Assembly: GCA_963760755.1 (NCBI GenBank)
Contig: CAVXEE010000007.1
Location: 434,459-498,458, forward strand
DNA from: an uncultured Actinomycetes bacterium
Lineage (GTDB): Bacteria > Actinomycetota > Thermoleophilia > Gaiellales > JAICJC01
Direction: 5' to 3'
DNA: 64,000 nt
The notes below the pieces were generated by a model that saw only the letters and a list, made by a program, of their open reading frames with translations, ran no database searches and was not told where the DNA came from. This document shows positions 28,148 to 40,213 of this stretch, piece after piece. Positions within the stretch are counted from its first letter, which is position 1; each line of letters starts with the position of its first letter. Position numbers and translations under genes: made by a program.

Positions 28148-29266
<1,119 letters not shown>

Positions 29267-29269
29267 GCG

Positions 29270-29817
29270 CTACTCCCCGGCGCCGGCGTCGGCCGGGCCG
29301 CTCGAGACCACCACGCGGGCCGCGCGCACGATCCGGTCGCCGAGCCGGTAGCCCCGCTGCCACACGGCGGCGATGGTGCCGTCGGGATGCTCGGACGGCT
29401 GGTTGGAGAGCGCCTCGTGCATGTGGGGATCGAACGGCGTGCCCGGCTCGGCCTCGATCTCCTCGATGCCGCGCCGGCGCAGGATGTCGGCCAGCTGCGT
29501 GTGCACGCGGCTCACGCCCTCGGCCACCTGGACCTCCTCGTGATGCTCCGAGGCGTCGAGCGCGCGCTCGAGGTTGTCGAGCACGGGCAGGAGCTCGGCC
29601 ACGATCGACTCGGACGCGCGCTGGACCTGGGTCTCGGAGTCGCGCGCCACGCGCTTGCGATAGTTGTCGAAGTCGGCCGCGACGCGGCGCAGGTCGTTCA
29701 GGTACTCCTCCGCCCTGCGCCGCGCCTCGACGAGCTCCGACTCGAGCTCGCCGGCCTCGAATTCAGCCGACTCCTCGACCGACTGCTCGGCCGGCGAGCT
29801 CTTGCGCGGATCGGTCA

Positions 29818-29818
<1 letters not shown>
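29270..29818 (-). CDS. grpE: nucleotide exchange factor GrpE
   Basis: 182 aa. LRRVAADFDNYRKR...FDP..HEA...V.QRGY is the canonical GrpE layout. Confidence 0.9.
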
Positions 29819-31729
<1,911 letters not shown>

Positions 31730-31776
31730 GCGTTTCGGCTCCTTTAGTTGAAAACACGAATCAAATCTATGTCGCG
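31730..31776 (-). promoter_or_regulatory. AT-rich dnaK leader and candidate operator region
   Basis: There are only 47 bp between the nth stop and the dnaK ATG. The minus strand reads CGCGACATAGATTTGATTCGTGTTTTCAACTAAAGGAGCCGAAACGC. It contains a strong AAAGGAG Shine-Dalgarno. An imperfect inverted repeat, AAATCT..N15..AGATTT, spans a TATAAC hexamer at the nth 3' end. Confidence 0.4.
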
Positions 31777-32433
31777 TTATAGCAGATTTTCTTCGCGTCC
31801 ACCATAGGGACACAGGTCGAGCAGGACGCACTCGCCGCAGCGCGGCCGTTGCGCGCGGCACGTGGCCCGCCCGTGCGCGATCAGGAGCAGATGCGCCTCG
31901 AGCATCCGCGCGTCGGGGACGAGCGCGGTCAGATGCGCATGCGCCCGGTCGGCGGACATCCCCGCCGGGATCAGCCCCAGCCGGCCCGCCACCCTGTGGA
32001 TGTGCGTGTCCACCGGCATGACCGGCACGCCGAGGCTGAAGAGGAGCACGCAGCTGGCCGTCTTCGGCCCCACCCCCGGCAGCCGCTCCAGCCGCGCCAT
32101 CGCCTCGTCCGGCGAAAGCGAGGCGACCCAGTCGAGCGCCGGCGCCCCGCCGCCGGCCGAGAGCTCGCGGAGCACCGCCTGGATCCGCGGCGCCTTCTGC
32201 GCGGCCAGGCCGCCGGGGCGCAGAACGTGCTCGAGCTCGGCCACGTCGGCGTCGCGCACCTGCGTCCAGGCCGGGAATCGCTCGCGCATGGTTGCATAGG
32301 CACGCTCACAGTTGCGGTCGCTCGTGTTCTGGGACAGGATCGTGAGGACGAGCTCGTCCAGCGGCGGGAGCGCACGGTGCCTGCGCACGGGCCCGTAGGA
32401 GGCGCGCAGGCGGTCGAGGACGAGACCGATCAT
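31777..32433 (-). CDS. nth: endonuclease III / HhH-GPD DNA glycosylase
   Basis: LSQNTSD, the helix-hairpin-helix [23 protein letters not shown], and a C-terminal Fe-S cluster [20 protein letters not shown] at 32433. Confidence 0.85.
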   Translation of the reverse strand: MIGLVLDRLRASYGPVRRHRALPPLDELVLTILSQNTSDRNCERAYATMRERFPAWTQVRDADVAELEHVLRPGGLAAQKAPRIQAVLRELSAGGGAPALDWVASLSPDEAMARLERLPGVGPKTASCVLLFSLGVPVMPVDTHIHRVAGRLGLIPAGMSADRAHAHLTALVPDARMLEAHLLLIAHGRATCRAQRPRCGECVLLDLCPYGGREENLL

Positions 32434-32448
32434 CGTGTCGAAAAGCCT

Positions 32449-33480
32449 ATGCACGGGTACGCTGCACAGGTGGAGCCCGTGACCGACACCCGCGACCGCC
32501 CCTTGCGCGACCTGCGTATCTCGGTCACCGACCGCTGCGACTTCCGCTGCGTCTACTGCATGCCGAAGGAGGTCTTCGGGCGCGACTTCGAGTTCCTGCG
32601 CCGCTCGCAGCTGCTCACCTTCGAGGAGATCACACGCCTGGCCCGGATCTTCGCCGCCGCGGGCGTGCGCAAGCTGCGCCTGACGGGCGGCGAGCCGCTC
32701 CTGCGGCGCGACCTCGAGCGGCTCGTCGAGATGCTGGCCGCGATCGACGGCATCGAGGACATCGCGCTCACGACCAACGGCAGCCTGCTGGCCCGCAAGG
32801 CGCGCACGCTGCGCGATGCCGGCCTGCGCCGCGTGACCGTGAGCCTCGACTCGCTGGACGACGAGGTCTTCGGCGGTGTGAACGACGTCGGTGCGCCGGT
32901 GAGCCGCGTGCTCGAGGGCATCGAGGCCGCCGCGGCCGCCGGCCTCGGCCCCGTGAAGGTGAACATGGTCGTCAAGCGCGGCCTGAACGACGCGAGCGTG
33001 CTCGGCATGGCGCGGCACTTCCGCGGCAGCGGGCACATCCTGCGCCTGATCGAGTTCATGGACGTCGGTGCGAGCAACGGCTGGCGCCTGGACGACGTCG
33101 TGCCCGCGGCCGAGCTCGTCTCGGCGATCGCCGCCGAGTGGCCGCTCGAGCCGGTGGCGCCGGCCTACCCCGGCGAGGTGGCGGCGCGCTACCGCTATCG
33201 CGACGGCGGCGGCGAGATCGGCGTCATCGCGTCGGTTACCCAGCCCTTCTGCGGCGCCTGCACCCGCGCGCGCCTGTCGGCCGACGGACGCCTGTACACG
33301 TGCCTGTTCGCGCACCTCGGCCGCGACCTGCGCGGGCCCCTGCGCGCCGGGGCGACCGACGCCGACCTGGAGACGCTGCTGGGCCGCGTCTGGGGCCGCC
33401 GCGGCGACCGCTACTCGGAGCTGCGCACCGCGCAGACCGCCGCCGCGCCGAAGGTGGAGATGTCCTATATCGGCGGCTGA
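32449..33480 (+). CDS. moaA: GTP 3',8-cyclase (molybdenum cofactor biosynthesis)
   Basis: Radical [24 protein letters not shown], and a C-terminal cluster [20 protein letters not shown]. The alternative start is GTG 32470. Confidence 0.9.
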   Translation: MHGYAAQVEPVTDTRDRPLRDLRISVTDRCDFRCVYCMPKEVFGRDFEFLRRSQLLTFEEITRLARIFAAAGVRKLRLTGGEPLLRRDLERLVEMLAAIDGIEDIALTTNGSLLARKARTLRDAGLRRVTVSLDSLDDEVFGGVNDVGAPVSRVLEGIEAAAAAGLGPVKVNMVVKRGLNDASVLGMARHFRGSGHILRLIEFMDVGASNGWRLDDVVPAAELVSAIAAEWPLEPVAPAYPGEVAARYRYRDGGGEIGVIASVTQPFCGACTRARLSADGRLYTCLFAHLGRDLRGPLRAGATDADLETLLGRVWGRRGDRYSELRTAQTAAAPKVEMSYIGG

Positions 33481-33556
33481 CGCGCCGCCCGGGCGGGAAT
33501 GGACCGGCGCCGGCGGACGTTTGAGTGCTCATGAGACGACCGGAACCTGCGATAGC

Positions 33557-34399
33557 ATGAACGGTCTCATGGACGCGGTGGCGACAACCGAGAGCGGCGG
33601 CGTGCGCGCACGCATGCGCGGGATCCTGCCCAAGGGGTGGCGCGACTTCGCCCTGCAGCTCTTCCTGTTCACGCTCGTGGACATCGCGTACGAGCTCACG
33701 CGCGGCCTGTCCGAGGGCAGCGTGCTGCCGGCGTTCAACCACGCCCGCGACGTCGTCTCGCTCGAGCGCTCGCTCGGCGTCTTCACCGAGCTCGACGTCC
33801 AGCACTGGGCGCTGCGCCGCCACTGGGCGCTCGACATCGCCGACTTCACGTACTTCCACGCCCACTTCGTGATCACCGTGGCGTTCATGTTCTGGCTGTA
33901 CCTGCGCCGCAACCAGCACTACTACTTCATCCGCAACGCCGTGTTCGTGGCCGACGCGATCGCGCTCGTGGGCTTCACCGTGTTCCCGACCGCGCCGCCG
34001 CGGATGCTCACCGACCTCGGCTTCACCGACACGCTCGACCGGTACGCGTCGATCAGCAACTACTCGGGGCCGGTGGCGGCGCTCGCGAACCCGTTCGCGG
34101 CCGTGCCGAGCATCCACACCTGCTACTCGCTGATCATCGGCGTCACGTGCTTCTTCCTCGTCCGCCACCGCGCGCTCGGGCTCACGTGGCTCTTCTACCC
34201 CGCGCTGATCGTGTTCTCGATCGTGGCGACCGGCAACCACTTCTGGACGGACGCCTTCCTCGGCGGGGTGCTTGCCTGCGTCGCGCTCGGCACGGCGTGG
34301 CTGATCGAGCGCTGGCGCCCGACGCTGCCCCACTCCGCGCGCGTGCGCATGCGGCTCGAGCCGCCCCGGCAGACCAGCACACCGATCACCGCACGATAG
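33557..34399 (+). CDS. PAP2-superfamily integral membrane protein (PAP2_C / inositol-phosphorylceramide-synthase-like)
   Basis: 280 aa with about 6 TM helices. FPTAPPRM, AAVPSIHTCYS and TGNHFWTDAFLG resemble the C2/C3 phosphatase motifs (SxH ... H..D) of the AUR1/SMS-like PAP2 branch. Confidence 0.7.
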   Translation: MNGLMDAVATTESGGVRARMRGILPKGWRDFALQLFLFTLVDIAYELTRGLSEGSVLPAFNHARDVVSLERSLGVFTELDVQHWALRRHWALDIADFTYFHAHFVITVAFMFWLYLRRNQHYYFIRNAVFVADAIALVGFTVFPTAPPRMLTDLGFTDTLDRYASISNYSGPVAALANPFAAVPSIHTCYSLIIGVTCFFLVRHRALGLTWLFYPALIVFSIVATGNHFWTDAFLGGVLACVALGTAWLIERWRPTLPHSARVRMRLEPPRQTSTPITAR

Positions 34400-34426
34400 T
34401 CACCGCAAGATAGCCTCCGTGGTATA

Positions 34427-35047
34427 GTGCGCGGGATGAGCACCGTGCTCACCCGAATCAAGACCGGATACACGAACGGCGGCCGCGGCCTCGGCATGGC
34501 GCTGATGGGCCGGTTCCGCTCGCTCCCGTTCACGCCCAACCAGGTGACCGTCGCCGGCCTCTCGCTGAACGGCGTCGCGGCGGTGCTGATCTACGAGCAG
34601 CACTTCGTGTGGGCGACGGTCGCGTTCGTCGCCGGCAGCATCCTGGACATCCTGGACGGGGCGCTCGCACGGTCTCACGGCAAGCTGACCCAGTTCGGCA
34701 GCTTCCTCGACTCGACCACCGACCGCATCTCGGAAGGGCTCGTCCTGGGCGCGATCGCGCTCGTGCTCTCCAAGCAGGGGCACGAGGCGGCGCTCGCGAG
34801 CGTGTTCGTGGCGCTCGTCGGCTCGTTCCTGGTGAGCTACACCCGCGCCAAGGCCGAGGCGATCGGCCTGAGCGGCACGGTCGGGCTGATGGGGCGGGCC
34901 GAGCGAATCGTGCTGGTGGCGGTGGCGCTGCCGTTCGCGGGGCGCGGATCGCTGCCCTATGCCATGTATCTGCTCGCCGCGCTGACCGCGTTCACGGTCG
35001 TGCAGCGGGTCAACCATGTTCGTACGCAACTCGACGGGGGGGATTAG
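34427..35047 (+). CDS. CDP-alcohol phosphatidyltransferase (phosphatidylinositol-phosphate synthase-like)
   Basis: [30 protein letters not shown] matches D(x2)DG(x2)AR(x8)G(x3)D(x3)D. It lies immediately upstream of ino1. The alternative start is ATG 34436. Confidence 0.85.
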   Translation: MRGMSTVLTRIKTGYTNGGRGLGMALMGRFRSLPFTPNQVTVAGLSLNGVAAVLIYEQHFVWATVAFVAGSILDILDGALARSHGKLTQFGSFLDSTTDRISEGLVLGAIALVLSKQGHEAALASVFVALVGSFLVSYTRAKAEAIGLSGTVGLMGRAERIVLVAVALPFAGRGSLPYAMYLLAALTAFTVVQRVNHVRTQLDGGD

Positions 35048-35049
35048 CC

Positions 35050-36216
35050 ATGGCCGAAGCGGCCACGACAAACGGATCCAACGGACACAAGAAGAGCTCG
35101 GGCAAGGTGCGCGTCGCCATCGTCGGCGTCGGCAACTGCGCCTCGTCGCTCGTGCAGGGCGTGCGCTACTACCGCGACGCCAAGCCGGGCGACTTCGTGC
35201 CCGGCCTGATGCACGTCGACCTCGGCGGCTACCACATCTCCGACATCGAGTTCTCGGCCGCCTTCGACGTCGACGCCGACAAGGTCGGCTATGACCTCGG
35301 CGAGGCGATCGGCCGTGGCCAGAACAACACCGTGCGCTTCTGCGAGGTGCCCGAGCTGGGCGTTCCCGTGCATCGGGGCATGACCCATGACGGCATCGGC
35401 AAGTACCTCTCCACGGTGATCAAGAAGTCGCCCGGCGAGACCGCCGACGTCGTGCAGGTGCTCAAGGACACGCAGACCGACGTCGTCGTCTCCTACCTGC
35501 CCGTCGGCTCCGAGCAGGCCACCAAGTGGTACGTCGAGCAGGTGCTGCAGGCCGGGTGCGCGTTCGTGAACTGCATCCCGGTGTTCATCGCCCGCGAGCC
35601 GTACTGGCAGCGCCGCTTCGAGCAGCGCGGCCTGCCGATCATCGGCGACGACATCAAGTCGCAGGTCGGCGCGACCATCGTGCACCGCGCGCTGACGCGG
35701 CTCTTCGCCGATCGCGGCGTGCGCCTCGAGCGCACGCATCAGCTGAACGTCGGCGGCAACACCGACTTCATGAACATGCTCGAGCGCGAGCGGCTCGAGT
35801 CGAAGAAGATCTCGAAGACCAACGCGGTCACGTCGCAGCTCGACTACGACATCGGCGCCCGCAACGTGCACATCGGGCCGAGCGACTACGTCCAGTGGCT
35901 CGACGACCGCAAGTGGGCGTACATCCGCATGGAGGGCCGCAGCTTCGGCGACGTGCCCCTGAACATCGAGATGAAGCTCGAGGTCGTCGACTCGCCCAAC
36001 TCGGCCGGCATCGTCATCGACGCGGTCCGCTGCGCCAAGCTCGGCCTCGACAACGGCCTCTCCGGAGCACTCGAGTGGCCGAGCTCGTACTTCATGAAGT
36101 CGCCGCCGGTGCAGCACCACGACGACGCGTGCCGCGACGGCGTCGAGAAGTTCATCTCCAAGTACGGCACAAAGGCGCCGAAGAAGGCGCGGGAGCGCAC
36201 CACGTCAGAGGCGTAG
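35050..36216 (+). CDS. ino1: myo-inositol-1-phosphate synthase
   Basis: [21 protein letters not shown]...GLMH..LGGY...[23 protein letters not shown], and the C-terminal [12 protein letters not shown] are typical of bacterial/archaeal MIPS. ATG at 35050. Confidence 0.9.
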   Translation: MAEAATTNGSNGHKKSSGKVRVAIVGVGNCASSLVQGVRYYRDAKPGDFVPGLMHVDLGGYHISDIEFSAAFDVDADKVGYDLGEAIGRGQNNTVRFCEVPELGVPVHRGMTHDGIGKYLSTVIKKSPGETADVVQVLKDTQTDVVVSYLPVGSEQATKWYVEQVLQAGCAFVNCIPVFIAREPYWQRRFEQRGLPIIGDDIKSQVGATIVHRALTRLFADRGVRLERTHQLNVGGNTDFMNMLERERLESKKISKTNAVTSQLDYDIGARNVHIGPSDYVQWLDDRKWAYIRMEGRSFGDVPLNIEMKLEVVDSPNSAGIVIDAVRCAKLGLDNGLSGALEWPSSYFMKSPPVQHHDDACRDGVEKFISKYGTKAPKKARERTTSEA

Positions 36217-36230
36217 AGGCCGCACCCGCA

Positions 36231-38036
36231 GTGAACCCGCTCAAGCTGTGCCTGGCGTCCCCGTACGCACTTGCCGGCGCCCACCCGGTGGCCGAGCACG
36301 TGCGCGGGGTCGCCACGGCGCTCGCCGAGCGGGGCCACCGGGTGACGGTGCTCGCACCGAACTCCTCGACGCGCGCGCTGCGCAGCGGCCGGCGGCGGTT
36401 GCGCGCGCTCGCGGCGGGTGACCACGAAGCCCTGATCGCGCTCGACGGCGAGCCGCTGCAGGTGGCGGTGGCACCGGCGACGCCGTTGCGCCAGCGCGGC
36501 CGCCGCCGGGGCGTCGGCCTGCCGGTCGCCGCCCGGGCGAACGTCGCTCTCGCGGTGGGCCAGGGCGGCTTCGACGTCGTGCACGCGTTCGAGCCGCTGC
36601 TTCCCGGTGTCGCCACGTCGGCGCTGCGGCACTCGCCGGGGCTGACCGTCGCCACGTTCCACGCGCACGACCGGGCGCTGCACTACCCCGTGCGCGGCGG
36701 CACGCTCGAGCGCTACCGGGCGCGCATCGACGCGCTGCTCGCGACGTCGGCCGAGGCCGCCGAGCAGGCGGCCGCGATCTACCCCGGCGACTACACCGTC
36801 ATCCCCGAGGGGATCGGCGCCGCGTTCGCCCCGGGTGAGAAGACCGGCACCCGGGTCGCGGTCGAGTGGCACGGCGAGGGCCGCGCGGTCGTGCGCGCGC
36901 TCGTCAAGCTGGCCGCCTCGACCCCGGACATCGAGCTCGTGCTCGTCTGGAGCCGCCGCAGCCGCAGGCCGATGCGGCCGTTCGTCCCGGCACAGGCGCG
37001 CGGGCGCGTGCATGCGACGAGCCCCGAGGACGCCGACGGCCGCGCGGCGGTGCTGGCGACGGCCGACGTGTTCGTCGCCTGCGAGGGCGACGACCCGTCG
37101 CTGGCCTGGGAGGCGCGCGCGTGCGGCTGCGCGGTCGTCGCACCGCTCCCCGCCGGCGCGCTCGACCTGGCCGCGCCGGGACTCGGCTTCGCGATCGACC
37201 AGCCCGCCCTCGCGGCGGCGGCGACCGCCCGCCTGCTCGACGACCCCGACCTGCGCGCACAGCAGGTCGAGGAGGGACGCGTGGCGGCCGCCGAGCGCAC
37301 GTTCGCGGCCGTGGCGGCACGGGTCGAGGACGTCTACGCGGCGCTCGACTCGCGCCGGCGCGTGCACCGGCCCCCGGCGCTCGCCGGGCGGCCCGTGATC
37401 TCGGCCGACCTGCACATGCACACGAGCCACTCCTACGACTGCGCCACCGACCCGGAGGCGCTCGTCGACCACTGCATCGAGCAGGGCCTCGGCGCCATCG
37501 CGATCACCGACCACAACGAGGTGTCGGGCGCCCTCGAGGCCGCGGCGCTCGGCAAGCCCATCACGGTGATCGTCGGCGAGGAGGTGAAGACGGCGCAGGG
37601 CGAGGTGATCGGCCTCTTCCTGCACGAGCGGATCGAGCCCGGGCTCAGCATGGGCGACACCATCGCCGCGATCCAGGAGCAGGGCGGGCTCGTCTACATG
37701 CCCCACCCCTTCGACCGGCTGCACACGATCCCCGACGCCTCGACGCTCCTGCGCAACCTCGACCAGATCGACATCCTCGAGGTCTACAACTCGCGCCTGC
37801 TGTTCGACAGCTTCAACGACGACGCGCTGCGGTTCGCCTCGAAGTACAACCTGATCCAGGCGGCCGGCTCGGACGCACACGTGCTCCCGGGCATCGGCAC
37901 CGCGGTCAACCGGATCCCGGCGTTCGACGGGCCGGAGGAGTTCCTGCTGGCCATGCGCCAGAACGAGATCCTGCGCCGCCCGAAGAGCCTGCTGTATCTT
38001 CAGGGGCTGAAATGGGTGCAAAGCGTGGCCAGGTAG
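36231..38036 (+). CDS. fusion protein: N-terminal GT4 (PimA-like) glycosyltransferase domain plus C-terminal PHP-family phosphoesterase domain
   Basis: GTG 36231. The N-terminal part reads LCLASPYALAGAHPVAEHVRGVATALAERGHRVTVLAP...FDVVHAFEP...VATFHA (GT-B). From about residue 385 come ADLHMHTSHSYDC, ITDHN, VYMPHPFD and GSDAH, the PHP metal-binding motifs. It is one uninterrupted frame. Confidence 0.75.
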   Translation: MNPLKLCLASPYALAGAHPVAEHVRGVATALAERGHRVTVLAPNSSTRALRSGRRRLRALAAGDHEALIALDGEPLQVAVAPATPLRQRGRRRGVGLPVAARANVALAVGQGGFDVVHAFEPLLPGVATSALRHSPGLTVATFHAHDRALHYPVRGGTLERYRARIDALLATSAEAAEQAAAIYPGDYTVIPEGIGAAFAPGEKTGTRVAVEWHGEGRAVVRALVKLAASTPDIELVLVWSRRSRRPMRPFVPAQARGRVHATSPEDADGRAAVLATADVFVACEGDDPSLAWEARACGCAVVAPLPAGALDLAAPGLGFAIDQPALAAAATARLLDDPDLRAQQVEEGRVAAAERTFAAVAARVEDVYAALDSRRRVHRPPALAGRPVISADLHMHTSHSYDCATDPEALVDHCIEQGLGAIAITDHNEVSGALEAAALGKPITVIVGEEVKTAQGEVIGLFLHERIEPGLSMGDTIAAIQEQGGLVYMPHPFDRLHTIPDASTLLRNLDQIDILEVYNSRLLFDSFNDDALRFASKYNLIQAAGSDAHVLPGIGTAVNRIPAFDGPEEFLLAMRQNEILRRPKSLLYLQGLKWVQSVAR

Positions 38037-38077
38037 AGCGGCAGGCATCGGACGCCGACCGACGAATAGGTCGGTGG

Positions 38078-38683
38078 GTGAACGTGGCCGACGATCAGAT
38101 CTACGAGCGCTACCAGGCCAAGGCGATCGACGAGATCAACGCCCTCGGCCACGACATCGCCGAGTGGCTCGGCGAGCGCCATCCCGGAGCCGCCCCCGTG
38201 CTCGGCACGGGCCATCCCCTGGCCGACATCCTGCTCGTCAAGCACCGGCCGATGCCGGCCGAGGTGCAGGAGGGCGTCGCGTTCTTCGGCCGGGCCGGGC
38301 AGGCGATCCTGAAGAGCCTGCAGCGCCTGCGCATCGACCCGCTGATGCTCTACGGGACGGTGTGCCTGAAGGCCGCCATCGATGCCGACGCCGCCGACCT
38401 CGAGCAGTCGCGCGCCTGGCTGACCCGCGAGCTGCACATCACCCAGCCGCGCATCCTGGTCACCTGCGGCGAGGAGGCGCGCGCGTTCGTCGACGCGCTG
38501 GCGTTCCCCCTGGCGGCGCCGTGCACGGCTGCGGTCGGCGAGATCGCCCGGTTCACCCCGACGATCGAGACGCTGGCGGTGCCCGACATCGACCGCTGCC
38601 TCGACGACTCCGCCTCGAAGCAGGCGTTCTGGGACGCGTTCAAGGTGCTCGGCACCTGGTACGAGAACCTGCCGCCGTACTGA
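38078..38683 (+). CDS. uracil-DNA glycosylase superfamily protein (divergent motif A)
   Basis: ADILLVKHRPMPAEVQEGVAFFGRAGQAILKSL aligns to the family 4/5 GEAPG..E...G.PF.G.AG..L region, but GEAPG is replaced. There is a C-terminal HP-less end. Start at GTG 38078 or 38084. Confidence 0.65.
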   Translation: MNVADDQIYERYQAKAIDEINALGHDIAEWLGERHPGAAPVLGTGHPLADILLVKHRPMPAEVQEGVAFFGRAGQAILKSLQRLRIDPLMLYGTVCLKAAIDADAADLEQSRAWLTRELHITQPRILVTCGEEARAFVDALAFPLAAPCTAAVGEIARFTPTIETLAVPDIDRCLDDSASKQAFWDAFKVLGTWYENLPPY

Positions 38684-38696
38684 GCGTCGTGGCGAT

Positions 38697-38722
38697 GGGG
38701 CCTGGCCCTGGGGCCAGGCCCC
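38697..38722 (+). terminator. intrinsic terminator hairpin after the UDG-like gene
   Basis: GGGGCCTGGCCC-TG-GGGCCAGGCCCC forms a 12-bp perfect stem and is followed by GCGTTTCC. Confidence 0.65.
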
Positions 38723-38737
38723 GCGTTTCCGCCTGAG

Positions 38738-38757
38738 CGGGGACAGTCCCCGGTTTT
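38738..38757 (+). repeat. second copy of the GGGGACAGTCCCC palindromic element (terminator-like)
   Basis: CGGGGACAGTCCCCGGTTTT. The first 19 nt are identical to 24388-24406. It lies 17 nt upstream of the next gene start. Confidence 0.65.
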
Positions 38758-38774
38758 CGGCCATACTGCGCGCC

Positions 38775-39473
38775 ATGGCGGGTCGGCATATCGTGGCGAT
38801 GGGCGGCGGCGGGTTCCTGATGGAGCAGCCGTCACTGCTCGACGACTACGTGCTCGCGCTGGCCGACAGGCCCGATCCGCGCGTGTGCTACCTCGGCACG
38901 GCCGCGGGCGACGCGGCCGCCGACATCGTCGCGTTCTACCGGGCATTCCCGCTCGGCCGCGCCGACGCGAGCCACCTGAGCCTGTTCCAGCGCGACGAGC
39001 GCGACCCGCGCGCGCACCTGCTCGCCCAGGACGTGATCTACGTCGGCGGCGGCAACACAGTGAACCTGCTCGCGATCTGGCGCGCCCACGGCGTGGACGC
39101 CGCGCTGCGCGAGGCGTGGGAGGCCGGCGTTGTCCTGTGCGGCATGAGCGCCGGGTCGCTGTGCTGGTTCGAAGCGGGCATCACCGACTCCTACGGGCCG
39201 CTGCGCGCCCTGCACGACGGGCTCGGCCTGCTTCCCGGCAGCAACTGCCCGCACTACGACGGCGAGCCGGGACGGCGGCCGACCTACCAGCGCGCGGTCG
39301 CCGACGGCCTGCCCGCCGGCATCGCCGCCGACGACTGCTGCGGCCTGCGCTTCGCCGGCACCGAGCTCGCCGACGTCGTGAGCTCGCGGCCCGACGCCCG
39401 CGCATACCGGGTGGAGCGCGGGCCCGACGGCGTCCGCGAGACGCCGATCGCCGCGCGGTTTCTCGGCGCATGA
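38775..39473 (+). CDS. peptidase S51 family (dipeptidase E / cyanophycinase-like)
   Basis: IVAMGGGGF, VIYVGGGNTVNLL and the nucleophile elbow GMSAGS. 232 aa. Confidence 0.8.
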   Translation: MAGRHIVAMGGGGFLMEQPSLLDDYVLALADRPDPRVCYLGTAAGDAAADIVAFYRAFPLGRADASHLSLFQRDERDPRAHLLAQDVIYVGGGNTVNLLAIWRAHGVDAALREAWEAGVVLCGMSAGSLCWFEAGITDSYGPLRALHDGLGLLPGSNCPHYDGEPGRRPTYQRAVADGLPAGIAADDCCGLRFAGTELADVVSSRPDARAYRVERGPDGVRETPIAARFLGA

Positions 39474-40195
39474 GCCGACGGGTGGTCGCCGCCCTGGCCG
39501 TCCTGGGAGCGGTCAACCTGGCCGCCCCGCACCTGCCCGACCCGGGCCGCCACGCCCAGATCGCCGCGCTCGCGCTCGTGTCGTTCCCGCTGGCGACGCT
39601 CGTGGTGGCCGCGCTCGTGCCGGCCCGCACCTCGGCGCCGCGGCTGCTGCTCGGTGCCCTCGCGGCCGTCGCCGTGACCGCCGCACTGATCGCCGCGGGC
39701 CTCGAGGGCACACCGGCGACGCTCTCGAAGCTCGTCGCCGCCACCTGCATCGGCATGGCACTCGCCGGCCTGCTGCAGACGGCGGTCGAGATCGTGGCGA
39801 TCGCGGTGCTCGTCGCCGCCGTCGACGCCTACAGCGTCGCCGCCGGGCCGACCCACGCCATCGTGCTGCACCACCAGCAGGTGCTCGGCGCCTTCACGCT
39901 CGCGTTCCATCCGCCCGGTAGCTACGCCGTCGCCCAGATCGGCGCGAGCGATTTCGTGTTCTTCGCGCTCTTCCTGTCGGCGACGGTGCGGATGGGCCTG
40001 CGCATGTGGCCGACCTGGGCGGCGATGACCGCGTCGCTCGGCGTCACGATGACGCTCTCCTACGCGTTCGATGCGGCGCTGCCGGCGCTGCCGCTGCTCT
40101 CGCTCGCCTTCCTGGGCACGAACGCCGACCTGCTGCTCCGGCGTGTGCGGGGGAGGCACGGCTCACCCGAACGGGAGAGCGGAACAGGGGGGTGA
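39470..40195 (+). CDS. hypothetical polytopic membrane protein
   Basis: The ATG overlaps the upstream stop (ATGA). About 7 TM helices. The conserved-looking acidic sites AAVDAYSVAAGP and IGASDFVFFALF are faintly reminiscent of intramembrane aspartyl proteases, but this is not established. Confidence 0.5.
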   Translation: MSRRVVAALAVLGAVNLAAPHLPDPGRHAQIAALALVSFPLATLVVAALVPARTSAPRLLLGALAAVAVTAALIAAGLEGTPATLSKLVAATCIGMALAGLLQTAVEIVAIAVLVAAVDAYSVAAGPTHAIVLHHQQVLGAFTLAFHPPGSYAVAQIGASDFVFFALFLSATVRMGLRMWPTWAAMTASLGVTMTLSYAFDAALPALPLLSLAFLGTNADLLLRRVRGRHGSPERESGTGG

Positions 40196-40213
40196 ACTGC
40201 CGATCTCGTTTGG

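Noticed and set aside
31730-31800. Search for an HspR operator (HAIR, CTTGAGT-N7-ACTCAAG) or CIRCE upstream of dnaK
   Set aside because: The closest match is TTTGATT-CGTGT-TTTCAAC (TTGA-N9-TCAA). It has the wrong spacing (HAIR is TTGA-N11-TCAA) and poor half-site identity. No CIRCE-like TTAGCACTC-N9-GAGTGCTAA was seen. I therefore annotate only an AT-rich leader with an imperfect inverted repeat, not a HAIR site.
36231-38036. Possibility that the GT4-PHP fusion is an artefact of a missed stop or frameshift, as suspected for dnaK and apbE
   Set aside because: I could not find support for this. The frame is continuous and the linker (..ALDSRRRVHRPPALAGRPVISADLHMH..) is short and plausible. Both halves are in the same frame, and no alternative frame carries either domain. 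I kept it as a fusion and flagged it for read-level verification.
39470-40195. Calling the 7-TM protein an intramembrane aspartyl protease (presenilin/SPP-like)
   Set aside because: It has Asp residues in ..VDAYSV.. and ..GASDFVF.. but lacks the canonical YD / GxGD / PAL motifs. The similarity is too weak to assert without a profile search.
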